From assembly GCF_006345805.1 (NCBI RefSeq), contig NW_021834469.1, forward strand, positions 1 to 50,633: a stretch of DNA of 50,633 nucleotides, written 5' to 3'. This document shows positions 25,436 to 38,142 of the stretch, in pieces. Source of the stretch: Octopus sinensis. Its lineage: Eukaryota. The notes beneath the pieces were generated by a model that saw nothing but the letters and a program-made list of their open reading frames with translations, had not been told where the DNA came from and searched no databases. Each line of letters starts with the position of its first letter. Position 1 is the stretch's first letter. A program made the translations under genes and the position numbers.

Positions 25436-25585
25436 CAAATTTACAGAGAAACAAAACACGAAGACCGGTGTATGAACAACAAACAGATGTATTAGTTTAA
25501 TGCTCGCTCCTTTATGTTTCGAGCTTACGCTCTTCGGCAGAAATGAATACGAAGGAAAAAATCGAGAGATAATGAGAAAATAACA
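25433..25585 (-). mobile_element. Repeat family C 3' end, tail-to-tail with the previous copy
   Basis: cgaagaccggtgt...aacaaacagatgtattagtttaatgctcg...tttcgagcttacgctcttcggcag. Confidence 0.78.
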
Positions 25586-25976
25586 AATTTCAGCAGTCCA
25601 ACATGGCGGATAACTGGGGGAAAAAAAGATGTTGAATGAAAGAGATAAAAATGGTGCCCCCATTGAACTCAACTGCACAATCGTGTGTGTGTTTGTGAGA
25701 ATTGTTTGTGTGAGTGTGTATGTGTATATGTTTGAATGGGGTGAGTAAGTCTGTTGTATGATTGTGTTGTGTGTAGCAGTTGATGTGTACTTTTTTTTTT
25801 CCTGTGGTGTGTGCACGTGTGTATGTGTGTATGTATGTGTGTCTGTGACGGAATAATATGTATATGTATAGGGAATGTTTGTGGGCGACAGTTATTTCTG
25901 TCGATGCGAGTTGCGCGTGTGTGTATATTGTGTGTGTTCAGGTATTATGTGCTTGTGTGGGTGTGAGAGTGTGCAC

Positions 25977-26245
25977 GATGGTGATGAAGATGATGATAGT
26001 GATGGTGATGAGGACGATGATGATGGTGATATTGTTGATGATGGTGGTGGTGGTGATGATGATGGTAATGATGAGGACGATGATGCTGATGGTGGTGATA
26101 ACGACGATGACGATAATGATGATGATGATGATGATGGTGACGATAGTAATGATGATGGTTGTGGTGATGACGACGAGGACGATGATGATTATGGTTATGA
26201 GGATGATGATGACGATGATGATGATGATGGTGGTGTTGGTGGTGT
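25977..26245. repeat. (GAT)n-type degenerate trinucleotide tract
   Basis: Directly visible. Confidence 0.92.
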
Positions 26246-26254
26246 GCTTGTAAT

Positions 26255-26570
26255 AGCCATGACATTCACCCGGTGTGGGTTGATTTGGCATTGACCACTA
26301 TGTCTCTCACGAATGCTGACCACGTCTGTCGGTCGGGCGCAGTCGAGGTTGTAATGGATAAGCCATTCCCGATTAAACTGCCAAAGACCTTAGGCACAAA
26401 ACCCCCGATTTTCCTTCCACGTCCGCCTTTACCGTCGCCATCTACATCCTCAGTTGTCCTCCAGCTCGTTTGAGTCAAACCGGAAGGACGGGCGTTGAGT
26501 TCGGGTTGACCGCCGTCTTCCGAATGCATTACCCTGGTGGCGAACGGAAAGTATGTCCAAGCCACCTTAG
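26255..26570 (-). mobile_element. 3' end of an RTE-like LINE
   Basis: Minus strand gives RWLGHTFR, then ...APDRQTWSAFVRDIV...STHTG*, resembling the RWxGH and AxDRxxW motifs of RTE ORF C-termini. Confidence 0.65.
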
Positions 26571-26804
26571 ATGTCTCGTGTTAGAGCTTGTTGCAAAGAG
26601 TTGTTGAGGCAGTGTTATATTTTGCGGTTCAAAACGAAGTCCAATGGGCGAACATACACAATTTGACTTAGGCGGTAGTTGCCGACGACTTCGAGGTTTT
26701 CGTGATCATCAGCTTTCATTGACCAAGAGTAACATCTATATAGAAAGATGGTCCACATAACTGTTTGGATAATGATGATGCAAGCAATATTTTTTTATAT
26801 TTTT

Positions 26805-27220
26805 AACTACCCACAAGAGGTTAAACACAAAGGAGACAAACAAGGACAGTCAAACGGATTAAGTCGATTACATCGACCCTAGTGCATAACTGGTACTTAA
26901 TTTATCGACCCCGAAAGGATGAAATGTAAAGTCGAACTCGGCGGATTTTGAACTCAGAACGTAAAGACAGACGAAATACATATTTCTATTTCTTTACTAC
27001 CCACAAGGAGCTAAACACAGAGAGAACAAACAAGAAGAGTCAAACGGATTAAATCGATTATATCGACCCCAGTGCGTAACTGGTACTTAATTTATCGACC
27101 CCGAAAGGATGAAAGGCAAAGTCGACCTCGCCGGAATTTGAACTCAGAACGTAACGGCAGTCGAAATACGGCTACGCATTTCGCCCCGCGTGCTAACGAT
27201 TCTGCCAGCTCCCCGCCGCC
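26805..27220 (-). mobile_element. SINE family B, full copy plus tandem partial copy (long tail)
   Basis: Two consecutive actacccacaag...gcgtaactggtacttaatttatcgaccccgaaaggatgaa...gaactcagaacgtaa units. Confidence 0.9.
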
Positions 27221-27378
27221 GTCGATGCAAGCAAGATTTGACATCAGGAACACGTTCAGACAAAGCTAGAGAATGTCGTAAGTTTCATTTTGCCGTACAT
27301 AAACCACCGCCAAATTTGTTTGAGAACCTCTAAAAGTCAGTCATTACTATCGAATGATACACACAACACGCACACACT

Positions 27379-27389
<11 letters not shown>

Positions 27390-27409
<20 letters not shown>

Positions 27410-28180
27410 AAGCGTATAAGAACACAAACATATATGAGTACACACACACACATACGCATACAAAAATAAGCGTTACTGTCAGACAGTACACATGCATATC
27501 TATAGATCTATAGGTAATAATAATGGTAGATCAATATTTAAAGCTATCGATTTTTCACTTGCAAATAAATACAAAGAAACTTCATGCGCACACACACGCA
27601 TCGCATATATATCTATGATTTATATGTGTATATATCCGTCCCACCCTCCAACCATCCATCCATCCATATATATATATATATATATATACTATATATATAT
27701 ATATATATATATATACTATATATATATATATACATACACATATATGCATTTATATATATGTATGCACACACACACACACCACACACACACACACAGAGAA
27801 GCGTATAAGAACACAAACATATATGAGTACACACACACACATACGCATACAAAAATAAGCGTTACTGTCAGACAGTACACATGCATATCTATAGATCTAT
27901 AGGTAATAATAATGGTAGATCAATATTTAAAGCTATCGATTTTTCACTTGCAAATAAATACAAAGAAACTTCATGCGCACACACACGCATCGCATATATA
28001 TCTATGATTTATATGTGTATATATCCGTCCCACCCTCCAACCATCCATCCATCCATATATATATATATATATATATATACTATATATATACTATATATAT
28101 ATATATATACTATATATATATATATATATATACATACACATATATGCATTTATATATATGTATGCACACACACACACACA
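27390..28180. repeat. ~389-nt direct tandem duplication
   Basis: Identical ORF starts [21 protein letters not shown] at 27492 and 27881; copies differ mainly in microsatellite lengths. Confidence 0.95.
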
Positions 28181-28956
28181 CATATATATATGTGCGTGTG
28201 TGTATATGTGTGTATATATGTATGTATGTATTTCTATATACTTATATTTACGATTATAATTTTTATAGTTTCCTGATATCAAAATGTTACAAAACACACA
28301 TATATACACCAACACAAAATGCACACACATGTACACACGAACACACAGTCTCCCTCTCTTAAACACACATAGACATACACACACCCACATGATTACAGTT
28401 GATTTGTTTTGGTCTAATATTTTTTTCCCCAAAATTTTAAATTTGTACTGAAGAATTACCAGGAATAGTAAATAAGATTTTAAGAAACCTTACTATTTTT
28501 GCGCTTCTTTGAAAGAATTTTAAGTCCTAGAAAATCAGACCTTCAAATATATGTTATGTACATATATATGTGTCTATGCGTGTGTGTGTCTGTGTGAGAG
28601 AGAGAAAGAGAGAGAGAGTATGTGTGTGTGTATGTGTGAGTGTGTGTGAGTGTGTAAGTATATGTTTTTACATTTATTTTTCTGCTCGTTTGTGTGTATA
28701 TATACATGTGTGTGGTGCTTGTGTGTGTGAATATACATAAGTACATATTTGTGTATGGATATATATTTTCTGCATATATATATACACGTGTGTATGTATA
28801 TATACATATGTATTTATGTATATGTATATATGAATGCTTATACACCCTCACACGCACACACACATACGCACCCAGACACTCACACAAACATATACATAAA
28901 CCTAGTATAGAAAGGAAGGAGTCAATAATAATAATAATAATAATAATAATGATAAA

Positions 28957-29018
<62 letters not shown>

Positions 29019-29631
29019 TACAACCACCACACCACTACTACCAGCACCACTATAGTACTACTGATGATGATGATGATGATGAGGATGAGGAGGAGGAGGA
29101 AAATGAGCAGAATATGTTTGCCTACAAAAACAAGAAGAATAAGATCCACAATACTACAACTATTAAAATAATAGAATTAAACAATGATGCTGATAACAAT
29201 AAACAACAATAATACTGACAATAATATTAAGAAGAAGAACAATGATAACAATAAATGCTACTCAGAAAAGAAACTTATGAATTCAAATGGAGATAAGGTG
29301 GAAAATTTATAAGAATACTTATTCCTCAAAGTTGAGACAGCGTACACTTGTTTAAAGACAGTTAGAACGTAAAGATTTTGCGCATTAATCCGTGAACTAA
29401 TCCTATTAGGCTAAGCCTGTTGGAGGACACCGAAGGAATAACAAATATATATATAAAGGGATGGTGGGCGGGGTGAGTGAAAGTAAGCGCACACCGAAAA
29501 CTAAAACATATTTGGAGGAGGATTATGGGAAGTAATGTGCGGGAGGTGAAAGGGAAAAAGAAAAAGAAAGAATGAAAAGGATTCGGAAGGTGGTTGAGCA
29601 ATCCGTTGTATATGTATATAGATATGGTGAG

Positions 29632-29925
29632 TCTGCGTGGTGTAGTGGTTAGGGTGTTGCACTCGCGATTGTGATTGCGAGACCATGGGTTCGATTTCAG
29701 AGTCGGGTGTTGCGGTGTGTTCCTGAGCAAAGCACTTCATTTCACGTTGCTCTGTGATCATTTCGTCGTCTCCCATGTGGCACCCAGTTGCACCTGTGCA
29801 GGAAATATCAATATGATGGACGGAAAGAGCTTATGTCTACACAAACATTTGACCACTAAGAACAATAATACCTGTTCGGTAACTGTTGAATCTTCATGCG
29901 TCTTCTAACGTCGGGAGAATCCACC
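29632..29925 (+). mobile_element. tRNA-derived SINE of a further family
   Basis: A-box TGGTGTAGTGG, B-box GGTTCGATTTC, followed by gtgttcctgagcaaagcacttcatttcacgttgctc, typical of the post-tRNA region of animal SINEs. Confidence 0.75.
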
Positions 29926-29938
29926 ATCAAATATATAT

Positions 29939-29971
<33 letters not shown>

Positions 29972-29972
<1 letters not shown>

Positions 29973-30140
29973 GTGAGAATTTGCAAAAAAACAAAAATAC
30001 AAAAGATGAAGACAGGTGTGTAAATAACAAACAGTTGTATTAGTTTAACGCTCGGGAAGTGAGAAATTCATTTACGTTTCGAGCCTACGCTCTTCGACAG
30101 AAGGGAACAGAAGTAAACAGGGAAGAAAATAAAAATGGTT
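29972..30140 (-). mobile_element. Repeat family C 3' end abutting (TA)n
   Basis: gaagacaggtgtgt...gtattagtttaacgctcgggaagt...acgtttcgagcctacgctcttcgacag. Confidence 0.8.
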
Positions 30141-30169
30141 TAGGGGCTATCTATTTATCTATCTATCTC

Positions 30170-30243
<74 letters not shown>

Positions 30244-30720
30244 CATCTATCTGTTTATTTACATATTTATATACGTACGTGTGCATATATGTGTATGTGT
30301 GTGTATGTGTGTATGTTTTTTTTGTGTGTGTATGTGCGTATATGTGTGTGCGTTTGTGTGTGCTTGCAGTGTGTGTGTGTGTGTAGGTATGGGAAGCATG
30401 TTGTGTGAAAGAGAATGAGGCAAAGCAGCGAGTTGCTTTATGAGAGAATTGCTTCTCAATCAAGAATACAAAACAAGTACCTAGTGGCAAATGATAGAAA
30501 ATCACAAGGTAGGGGAGATAATTTCAAGTAATTAAGAACGACTTGGAAAGAAAATTGAATTCTCATGCTTTCGGGGAAAAGTATGAAATTTGGGAGAAGG
30601 CGAAGGAACTGGAATTGTTGTTCTTCTACACATACAGACACACACTATGCAAGAGTACGCATGCTCATACACGCACACCTACATAAATATTTAATTAGAC
30701 ACAAAACATACACATATATA

Positions 30721-30757
<37 letters not shown>

Positions 30758-30970
30758 ATATATATATATATTCGTATATATATATATATATTTATGTATA
30801 TGTATATACATATATATATTTATAATATATATATATTAATATATATATATATATATATATCTATATATATATATATATATATATAATGATATATATACAT
30901 AAACATACACCCACACATACACATATATTCTTTCATACATATTGATATGTATATTGCATGCATAGACATG

Positions 30971-31086
<116 letters not shown>

Positions 31087-31123
31087 TATTATATAATATA
31101 TATATATATTATATATATATATG

Positions 31124-31172
<49 letters not shown>

Positions 31173-31435
31173 GTAGTTATTATATATATATACGTATACA
31201 TTAACATATATATATATGTATATTGTGTGTGTGTGTATGTGTTCGTCTGCATATACGTATGTGTGCGTTAATGTATTTATGCATGACTTTAGACTTTGTA
31301 CACATCTTTCTTACATCGTCAAATAATTTAATCTACATAATAATTAGCTGATTAACTTAATGAATGACTTTCATTGTTCCACTGGTAATTATTCCTCGCT
31401 AACCTTGAATTGTATACAATATGTATGTGTGTGTG

Positions 31436-31480
<45 letters not shown>

Positions 31481-31519
31481 ATAACAATGCTGGTAAACTT
31501 GAGGTCGACGGTATAAGTT

Positions 31520-31538
31520 GGTGGTGATGGTGATGACA

Positions 31539-31572
<34 letters not shown>

Positions 31573-31576
31573 CGAC

Positions 31577-31612
<36 letters not shown>

Positions 31613-31831
31613 AAGCATGCTGCTGCTGATGTTGAAGATGATGATTGCTATGACGATGATGATGGTGATGAAGACGCCGAAAACGACGACGACTATGTTT
31701 GTTGAGGTGATGTTCATGATGATGATGATGATGGTAGTGAAATGCCGACGGGGAAGTTGAAACTGATGACGATTTTGATGATTTCGAAGTTGATAATGAA
31801 TAGAAGAATGAAGACAAATAAGAAGGCAGGG

Positions 31832-31875
<44 letters not shown>

Positions 31876-32310
31876 AGTAGTGGTGGTGGTGGTGGTTGTA
31901 GTGCTTGTGATAGTAGTTGCTTCAAGTAAAATATGCATGAAGTTAAGAAGGAAGACGTGGAGTCGATTAGGAGGAGAAATATGGATGAGATAAAGAAGAA
32001 GGCAAATGGGAAGGAGGAGGAGGGGGAAGGGGAGGGGAGGAGGAAAAGAAGGAGAAGAATTGGAAGAAGAAGACGAACAAGAAGGAGGAGGAGGAGGAGG
32101 AGTAGAAGAAGAAGAAGAAGAAGACGAACAAGAAGAAGAAGAAAAAGAAGAAGAAGAAGGAGAAGATGAGGAAGAAGCGGGAGAAGAAGAAGAATTGGAA
32201 GAAGAATGATTAGTAAAATAGTAGGAGTAGTAGTAGTAGAAGAAGAAGAAGAAGAACAACAACAACATCAAGAAGAAGAAGAAGAAGAAGAAGAAGAAGA
32301 AGAAGAAGGG
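31520..32310. repeat. (GAT)n, (CTA)n and (GAA)n trinucleotide cluster
   Basis: Directly visible. Confidence 0.92.
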
Positions 32311-32796
32311 AAAAGGTGTGAGGAATATGACCAGTATTTACAACTAAAAGCATTGTTCGTTAGAATAAATAATCAATTGAAAGTTTAAATGAATGATGGA
32401 CAGGAGAAACCAGATTTGCTAAATGAAAGGAAACCATTTGCTGAGGAATTCGAAACGGTGCCCCATCTCGAAACCGTGCCCCACTGGAATGATAAGTTGA
32501 CAAAAAGAGAGAGAGAGAGAGAGAGAAGTAATGATGGAGAAGTAATTGCAAAATCTAGTTGTCATTGGGGGCGATGAAGGACCCGAAGAGAGAACCTCCA
32601 AACCAATTCTTGGTAATGACTTACAAGTGTGGAGATTGGAATTGAAACAGGATAACTTCATTGCTGCATCGTGAAAGTGGTTTGGCGCTGCAAAGACAAT
32701 AAATATTAAGCCTTAACGGAAGCGGAAGTGGAACTCAATACTGCAATCGCATGATTATTAAACAAGTATTTAGGATATACAGTTCTATATTTAAGA

Positions 32797-32992
32797 GATG
32801 AGGAATTATTTACGTTATTTACATTTGGCGGGTACTTGTCCTCATCTTGTTTGTTGTAAACACAACGTTTCGTCTGATATACCCTCCAGCCTTCATCAGG
32901 TGTCTTGGGGAAATTCCGAACGTTCTGTTAACAACAAACAAGATGAGGACAAATATCCTTCAAATATAAATAATCTAAATAATGTAAATATT
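32797..32992 (-). mobile_element. Penelope-like terminal remnant with inverted partial repeat and minimal hammerhead
   Basis: ~55-nt imperfect inverted arms (cttgtcctcatcttgtttgttg / caacaaacaagatgaggacaa) enclosing an HHR motif. Confidence 0.65.
32858..32905 (-). ncRNA. Minimal type I hammerhead ribozyme
   Basis: Minus strand AGACAC-CUGAUGA-a-GGCUGgaggguauauCAGAC-GAAAC-GUU-GUGUUU; 6-bp helix I, palindromic AACGUU helix III. Confidence 0.7.
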
Positions 32993-33089
32993 TAGAAGAT
33001 CTCTCACAGACCAAACAGCAGGCAATTAGTCGCCTTAAACATGTATCAAACATTGCTAAACTTTCGCTAACACATAAACGTTCTGTCCT

Positions 33090-33320
33090 CGATTGTCCTA
33101 TCTGTGTTTAGCCCCTTGTGGGTAGTAAAGAAATAGATATTTCGTCCGCCGCTACGTTTTGAGTTCAAATTCCGCCGTGGTCGACGTTGCCTTTCATCCT
33201 TTCGAGGTCGATAAATTAAGTACAAGTTTTGCACTGGGGTTGATGTAATCGACTTAATCTCTTTGTCTGTCCTTGTTTGCCCCCTCTATGTTTAGCCCTT
33301 TGTGGGTAATAAAGAAATAA
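33090..33320 (+). mobile_element. SINE family B (long tail), partial tandem
   Basis: gagttcaaattccgccgtggtcgacgttgcctttcatcctttcgaggtcgataaattaagtac...gtgggtaataaagaaata. Confidence 0.88.
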
Positions 33321-33986
33321 GAAACTTTGAATCAGTAGAAAGAAAAAGAAAGAAATAATAAATTCTAAAATTATATTGCTCCTAATGCAGGTATTGCACT
33401 GCGATTACTCTACGTTTTGGTAATTGAGAAAGAATGTGCTAGAAGATGTTTCAGCAAACAAATTTATCGAAAGCTTTTTGAAGTGCAGGTTGACACAGAG
33501 AGACACTGAATGACCCAGCTGTAATCCGTATTGAAAGCAAAACATGTGCTGAAAATTGTCTTCAATGGAATAAAGAAAAATAAAATAGAAAAAACACTGA
33601 TTGCAAAATAGATTGCAAGTAAAGCATGTTTTGTTTAATTAAAACAGTTCTCAATTCTGTAATACGGAAGCCATTAATGTAACTCTTGACAATGTATTTA
33701 AATTTTCAATAGATTATCCATTTAAATTAACAAATGTTTAATTTTGATTTTCTTTTCCTACAAATGGTGCTGGTGATTTTTCAGGCCTTTCTCACTGCAA
33801 AATGTCACAAATGGAATCGGCGTTTTAAACCATAATTTACAGCAACGAAAGCTTGAAGAATTAATGCTAAAACTGATAATAGTTGAGTGTGCTTTGCAAA
33901 TTCAATATGGGGACTAGCTTCCGCATTCGCATCGGATTGCAGTTCAATGTACACACACACACGCACATCTATATATGCATATGTGA

Positions 33987-34044
<58 letters not shown>

Positions 34045-34048
34045 ATGT

Positions 34049-34079
<31 letters not shown>

Positions 34080-34114
34080 TATATATATAGTATATATATA
34101 TATATACACAAATT

Positions 34115-34292
34115 CAGTGTGCGGTGAATAAATTGTCGTTTAAATGAGGCAATAATGAAAATAACAAACCTGATTTTAACAAATACATGTACCAAACTTT
34201 CGTAAAAATATCTTGAAATATTAAAGACTAAATTTATTCAATAAAATAGCCATTGGCTTCAACTGCAGGCTCCAGGCGACATCGGAATCTGA
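34115..34292 (-). mobile_element. 3' end of a Tc1/mariner-superfamily transposon
   Basis: Minus strand encodes RFRCRLEPAVEANGYFIE*, resembling the RxRLEAVxxAxGGxIE C-terminus; TIR-like cagtgtgcggtgaataaattgtc at the end. Confidence 0.7.
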
Positions 34293-34349
34293 AAAATTCA
34301 GCAAAAAATCTGTGTATAGTTCCGCAAATTATATTGAATTAAGACGGTC

Positions 34350-34411
34350 GTACTGAAGAGCCACGGATGTTTGTTACGTATGTAAATTCGTTGATGGCGA
34401 AACTAGTCTAC
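34350..34411 (+). ncRNA. Minimal type I hammerhead ribozyme with canonical core
   Basis: GUA-CUGAAGA-GCCA(31 nt)UGGC-GAAA-CUAG-UC-UAC; GUC triplet, palindromic ACUAGU helix III; predicted cut after 34408. Confidence 0.75.
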
Positions 34412-35157
34412 TAATAATTCCTTATTTTGTATATTTTCATTTGTCCTACCGGCTTCTGTTCTGGTGTTCGCTGAATTTTTCTAGAGAACATTCTTTTCCT
34501 TTGTGGTTAGATCGTAGGTGAGCTATTTCTAGCATATTGGATGTTCACTTAGTGGTCATCCCTTCTTATACGCATATGTGTGTATGTGTGTGTATAAATA
34601 TATACACATAAACATACACACACACGTATACACACGTACACACACGTATACACACACAAACACACATATACACATAAACGCACATACACGTATACACACA
34701 CAAGACCACATACAGATAAACACACATTCATATACATATATATGCATATGTACATATACATGTGTGTATACATATATATACACACAAACATACGCACACA
34801 CGTACACATAAGTATACACACACAAGCACACACATACACATAAACACATATACATGTATACACAGACAAGAACTCTCACATACACACACGTATACACACA
34901 AACACACACACACACGCATACATATAAACACACATACATATGTTTCTTCTTAACAGAAGTGTGCCACCTTATATTGAATATTTATGTTTCCAGTTTCTGC
35001 ACGAGTATAACAGCGCAAGTGTCTCGATGTATTCTCCTTGATTCCTATGTACCTTTTAAAATCCCCGGTAGACCTACAAACCCTTCTTACAATTCAAACA
35101 ACCCCTTTATATTAGTCTTGGTGCGAGTAAGATCCGATACAAATCATGATTTTCTCA

Positions 35158-36566
35158 TCGTTATGTGATCTTTCATGCCTGACTAATCCAGGTTTTGTTA
35201 ATAATTTACGGTTATAGCGACCACACATGAAACCTCCCTCAAACTCACTTGTTTCATGTCCCTGCTTTTCAAAAGCCTATTTCGTCTTTGTACGTTGAAT
35301 TCTGTTCTCCTCAGATGTTTCACAAACTTTCTTGATTGTATGGCGCCATTTTGTTTGATCTAACGCGAGAGTTTCTTAATCTTCATTTCCTATATTTAAA
35401 CGGTTTGAGGTTTGCCTTTATATCACAATTTTATACCTCTTCCGGAGTTTCTGCAGTGGGCGATTATCTAGTGTTAGTTCAACTATAAAATAATTGTTTA
35501 GAAATCGTTGTGTCATCCATTCTAATTAAATGACCATTCCAGCGCATTTGGTTCTTTTATATTCTTAATATAAGGAAGCAGCGGGGGAACGAAGTATATA
35601 CACGACGCGGTAGTATTACTATTATACGAGACTCAACACTCTATGTTAAAGGCTCACAATGAACTGCTTTCAACACGAACTGCCACTCGCTCACAGTTCT
35701 TTGTTTTATGACAATGAGTCAGTCCACCTTCTAGTGAAGGGTGGTCGGAATCCTTCCACAACAGGTTCTAAATAATGTTTTCAATGCTGGGCATATTAGC
35801 GTTTGCAAGAACAATGGCGTCTGCAGGTGTTGTCGGCCATTTCATTCTTAGTATGTGCCTTAAAATGTTTTGATGGGATTTTTCAAGTGGTGCATTTTTA
35901 TGGCGATAATGTGTCATAGTATTGTTGCTGAAGCATAGAGAAAGTAGCCTAAAAACACAAATCTCATAGAGAGAAAGCTTCGTTTTAAGAGTGATTTTTT
36001 CGCCCTTCCATACTCGTTTTCAAGACAAAGAAAAGCAACAGTTACTTTCACAATCCTTTGATAAATTTCAGCATCTCAACATCCATCCGATGACATAATG
36101 GATCCACAATATAGAAAACTCACCACGACATCCAACCATGTTCCGTTTACCCCGATGTTAAGCTCGGCATAAGCTCCTCCAGGTGTCGGCATGAACAATA
36201 TTTTAAACAGTGCCAAAACTTGGGAAATTGTCAATTAACAATTGCATATCATGTTCAGTGAAACCCCAAGTCGACATCGTTGTCAGCATGTAACAGTTCA
36301 GTCAAAATCTCATCAGAGAACTTAGATCCGAATGTACGTATACACACACAAATCTCATCAGAGAACATAGATCCGAATCTCAACCGAGCCAGGTGAAATA
36401 TATTACAAGAGGTTCGGCATCTTAGACACCAATGGTACATACTTGAAAGCCATGGTCAATAGCAACAGCGAAATAACAGAGAAAAGAGTAGGAGCAAGTG
36501 TGTCTCCTTGCTTCACACCATTATACATTGCCATAGGTCTTACAGGATACCAGCAACATTAACATG
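35158..36566 (-). mobile_element. Decayed, 5'-truncated RTE-clade LINE (RT to C-terminus)
   Basis: Minus strand motifs in order: NGVKQGDTLAPTLF, ELLHADND, FLYCGSIMSSDG..DAEIYQRI, KTKLSLY, LRHILRMKW, QMRWNGHLIRMDD..SKQLFY, LALDQTKWR, FMC...GLVRHERSH; many stops and frameshifts. Confidence 0.9.
35556..35763. mobile_element. 208-nt insertion nested in the RTE LINE with a 6-bp target duplication
   Basis: GGTTCT at 35550-35555 and 35764-35769; removal rejoins ENII*NQMRW in frame. Confidence 0.75.
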
Positions 36567-37623
36567 TGTTTAAGAGTTGAGATAAAGATTATGTATACAC
36601 TACTGTATACTTGCATACGACGTCTACACATCGATGTGTACTTATATACATATACACAAACGTGTGTAGTTATATATTAACAACATTTTATTAGACGTCT
36701 TCTTAAGTAATGATAAATTATCACGTTATTTGTATCGATTATTCGTCGATATACAATCGATATCCCATTCTTCACTACAATAGGTGGATGGTAGAAACAA
36801 TAGATTTTTGATCTCACTACTTTGCAATATTTAATTAAATCACTTTAAGTTTGCAGTTCAAATCCCACCGTGGTTGAATTTCAATTAATTGTCCTCCATA
36901 TCAAAGAACATCTTGAAGCTATTTTCTAGACAGACGAAAATTATCAATTATTTTTCTATGGTTGAGTCAGATTAACAGAAGCAGCAGCAGTAGCAACAGC
37001 AGCAGCAATGTTCTCTTTTCATGAACTTGTAAGATAGGTGTGAGGTATTGTAAGTTATTCTTTAGTCAGCCAACAACACTCAATGGTTGCATTACACCGG
37101 ATTCAATAAATTGCACTCGAGTGGAGTGTGGTAGTGAGAGGTACCCCTTATCACACGACTGTACTAACATGCGTCTCAGGTAAGTTATGGAGGTGTAAGA
37201 AATATATCAATTTTTCAGTGAAAATATACTTACCTGGTGATTGTCTCATCAAATATTTAAGTATTTGCAACAAACTCATTGTATAATCTGTAGAGAAATA
37301 TAATAAAACTACACATACACACACGCGGCGCATACACAAACACGCACACACACACTCACAGACAGACAAACCAATACACACATATATGTATATATACATA
37401 CCACACACACATATATATATGTATATATATACATATACATTATATATACATACATATATATACACAAACATATATATAGATAGCACACATGTTGATATAT
37501 ATATATATATATACAGGTAGATCGATCGATAGATAGATAGGCACACATTGATATATATATATATATATATTTACAGGTAGATCGATATATAGATAGACAG
37601 ATATGCACACATATTGACACAGA

Positions 37624-37682
37624 GACTCGAGGTTCGAGAATGCCGATGCATTGGCGTGTACGAAGCTCTCGAACCTTGAGTC
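37624..37682. other. Long hairpin (16-bp stem, structured 27-nt loop)
   Basis: GACTCGAGGTTCGAGA pairs with TCTCGAACCTTGAGTC (one G:U). Confidence 0.8.
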
Positions 37683-37933
37683 GCTTTGTAGCTTTTGCGA
37701 TTAAATAAAGTATATTCACACTTTTTAGGCTCTATTTTGCTGCGTGTGTTTTCAGATCTATCCCCACCACACACCACTATATAGATTCTTAGAAAGTAAG
37801 GCCCCACGACGCGTAGGACGTACTATAAAACGTTGGTAGGATGATCCTACACCTTGTCGTTTTTGCTTTTCCTCTCTTTCTTTTCTTTCCTGCAATTTCC
37901 AGAAGAAAACTGTTTTAGAAAGGCATTGTTCTT

Positions 37934-38142
37934 TTCTACTCTAGGCACAAGATCCGAAATTTTGGGGGAGTGGGTTGGTCGATTAGATCGACCCCAGTAC
38001 GCAACTGGTACTTAATTCATCGACCCCGAAAGGATGAAATGCAAAGTCGACCTCAGCGGAATTTGAACTCAGAACGAAAAGACAGACGAAATACCGGTAG
38101 GCATTTCGTCCGGCGTGCTAACGTTTCTGCCAGCTCACCGCC
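37934..38142 (-). mobile_element. SINE family B full copy (short tail) with 19-bp target-site duplication
   Basis: TSD ttagaaaggcattgttctt (37915-37933) / ttagaaaggcatcgttctt (38143-38161). Confidence 0.93.

Noticed and set aside
26681-26716. Minus-strand CTGATGA-TCAC-GAAA
   Set aside because: No room for helix II and no helix I/III pairing
32437-32485. CTGAGGA-ATTC-GAAA-CGGT...ACCG-TG hammerhead-like string
   Set aside because: No helix II or helix I, G at the cleavage position; better explained by a short tandem repeat (cgaaacNgtgcccca x2)
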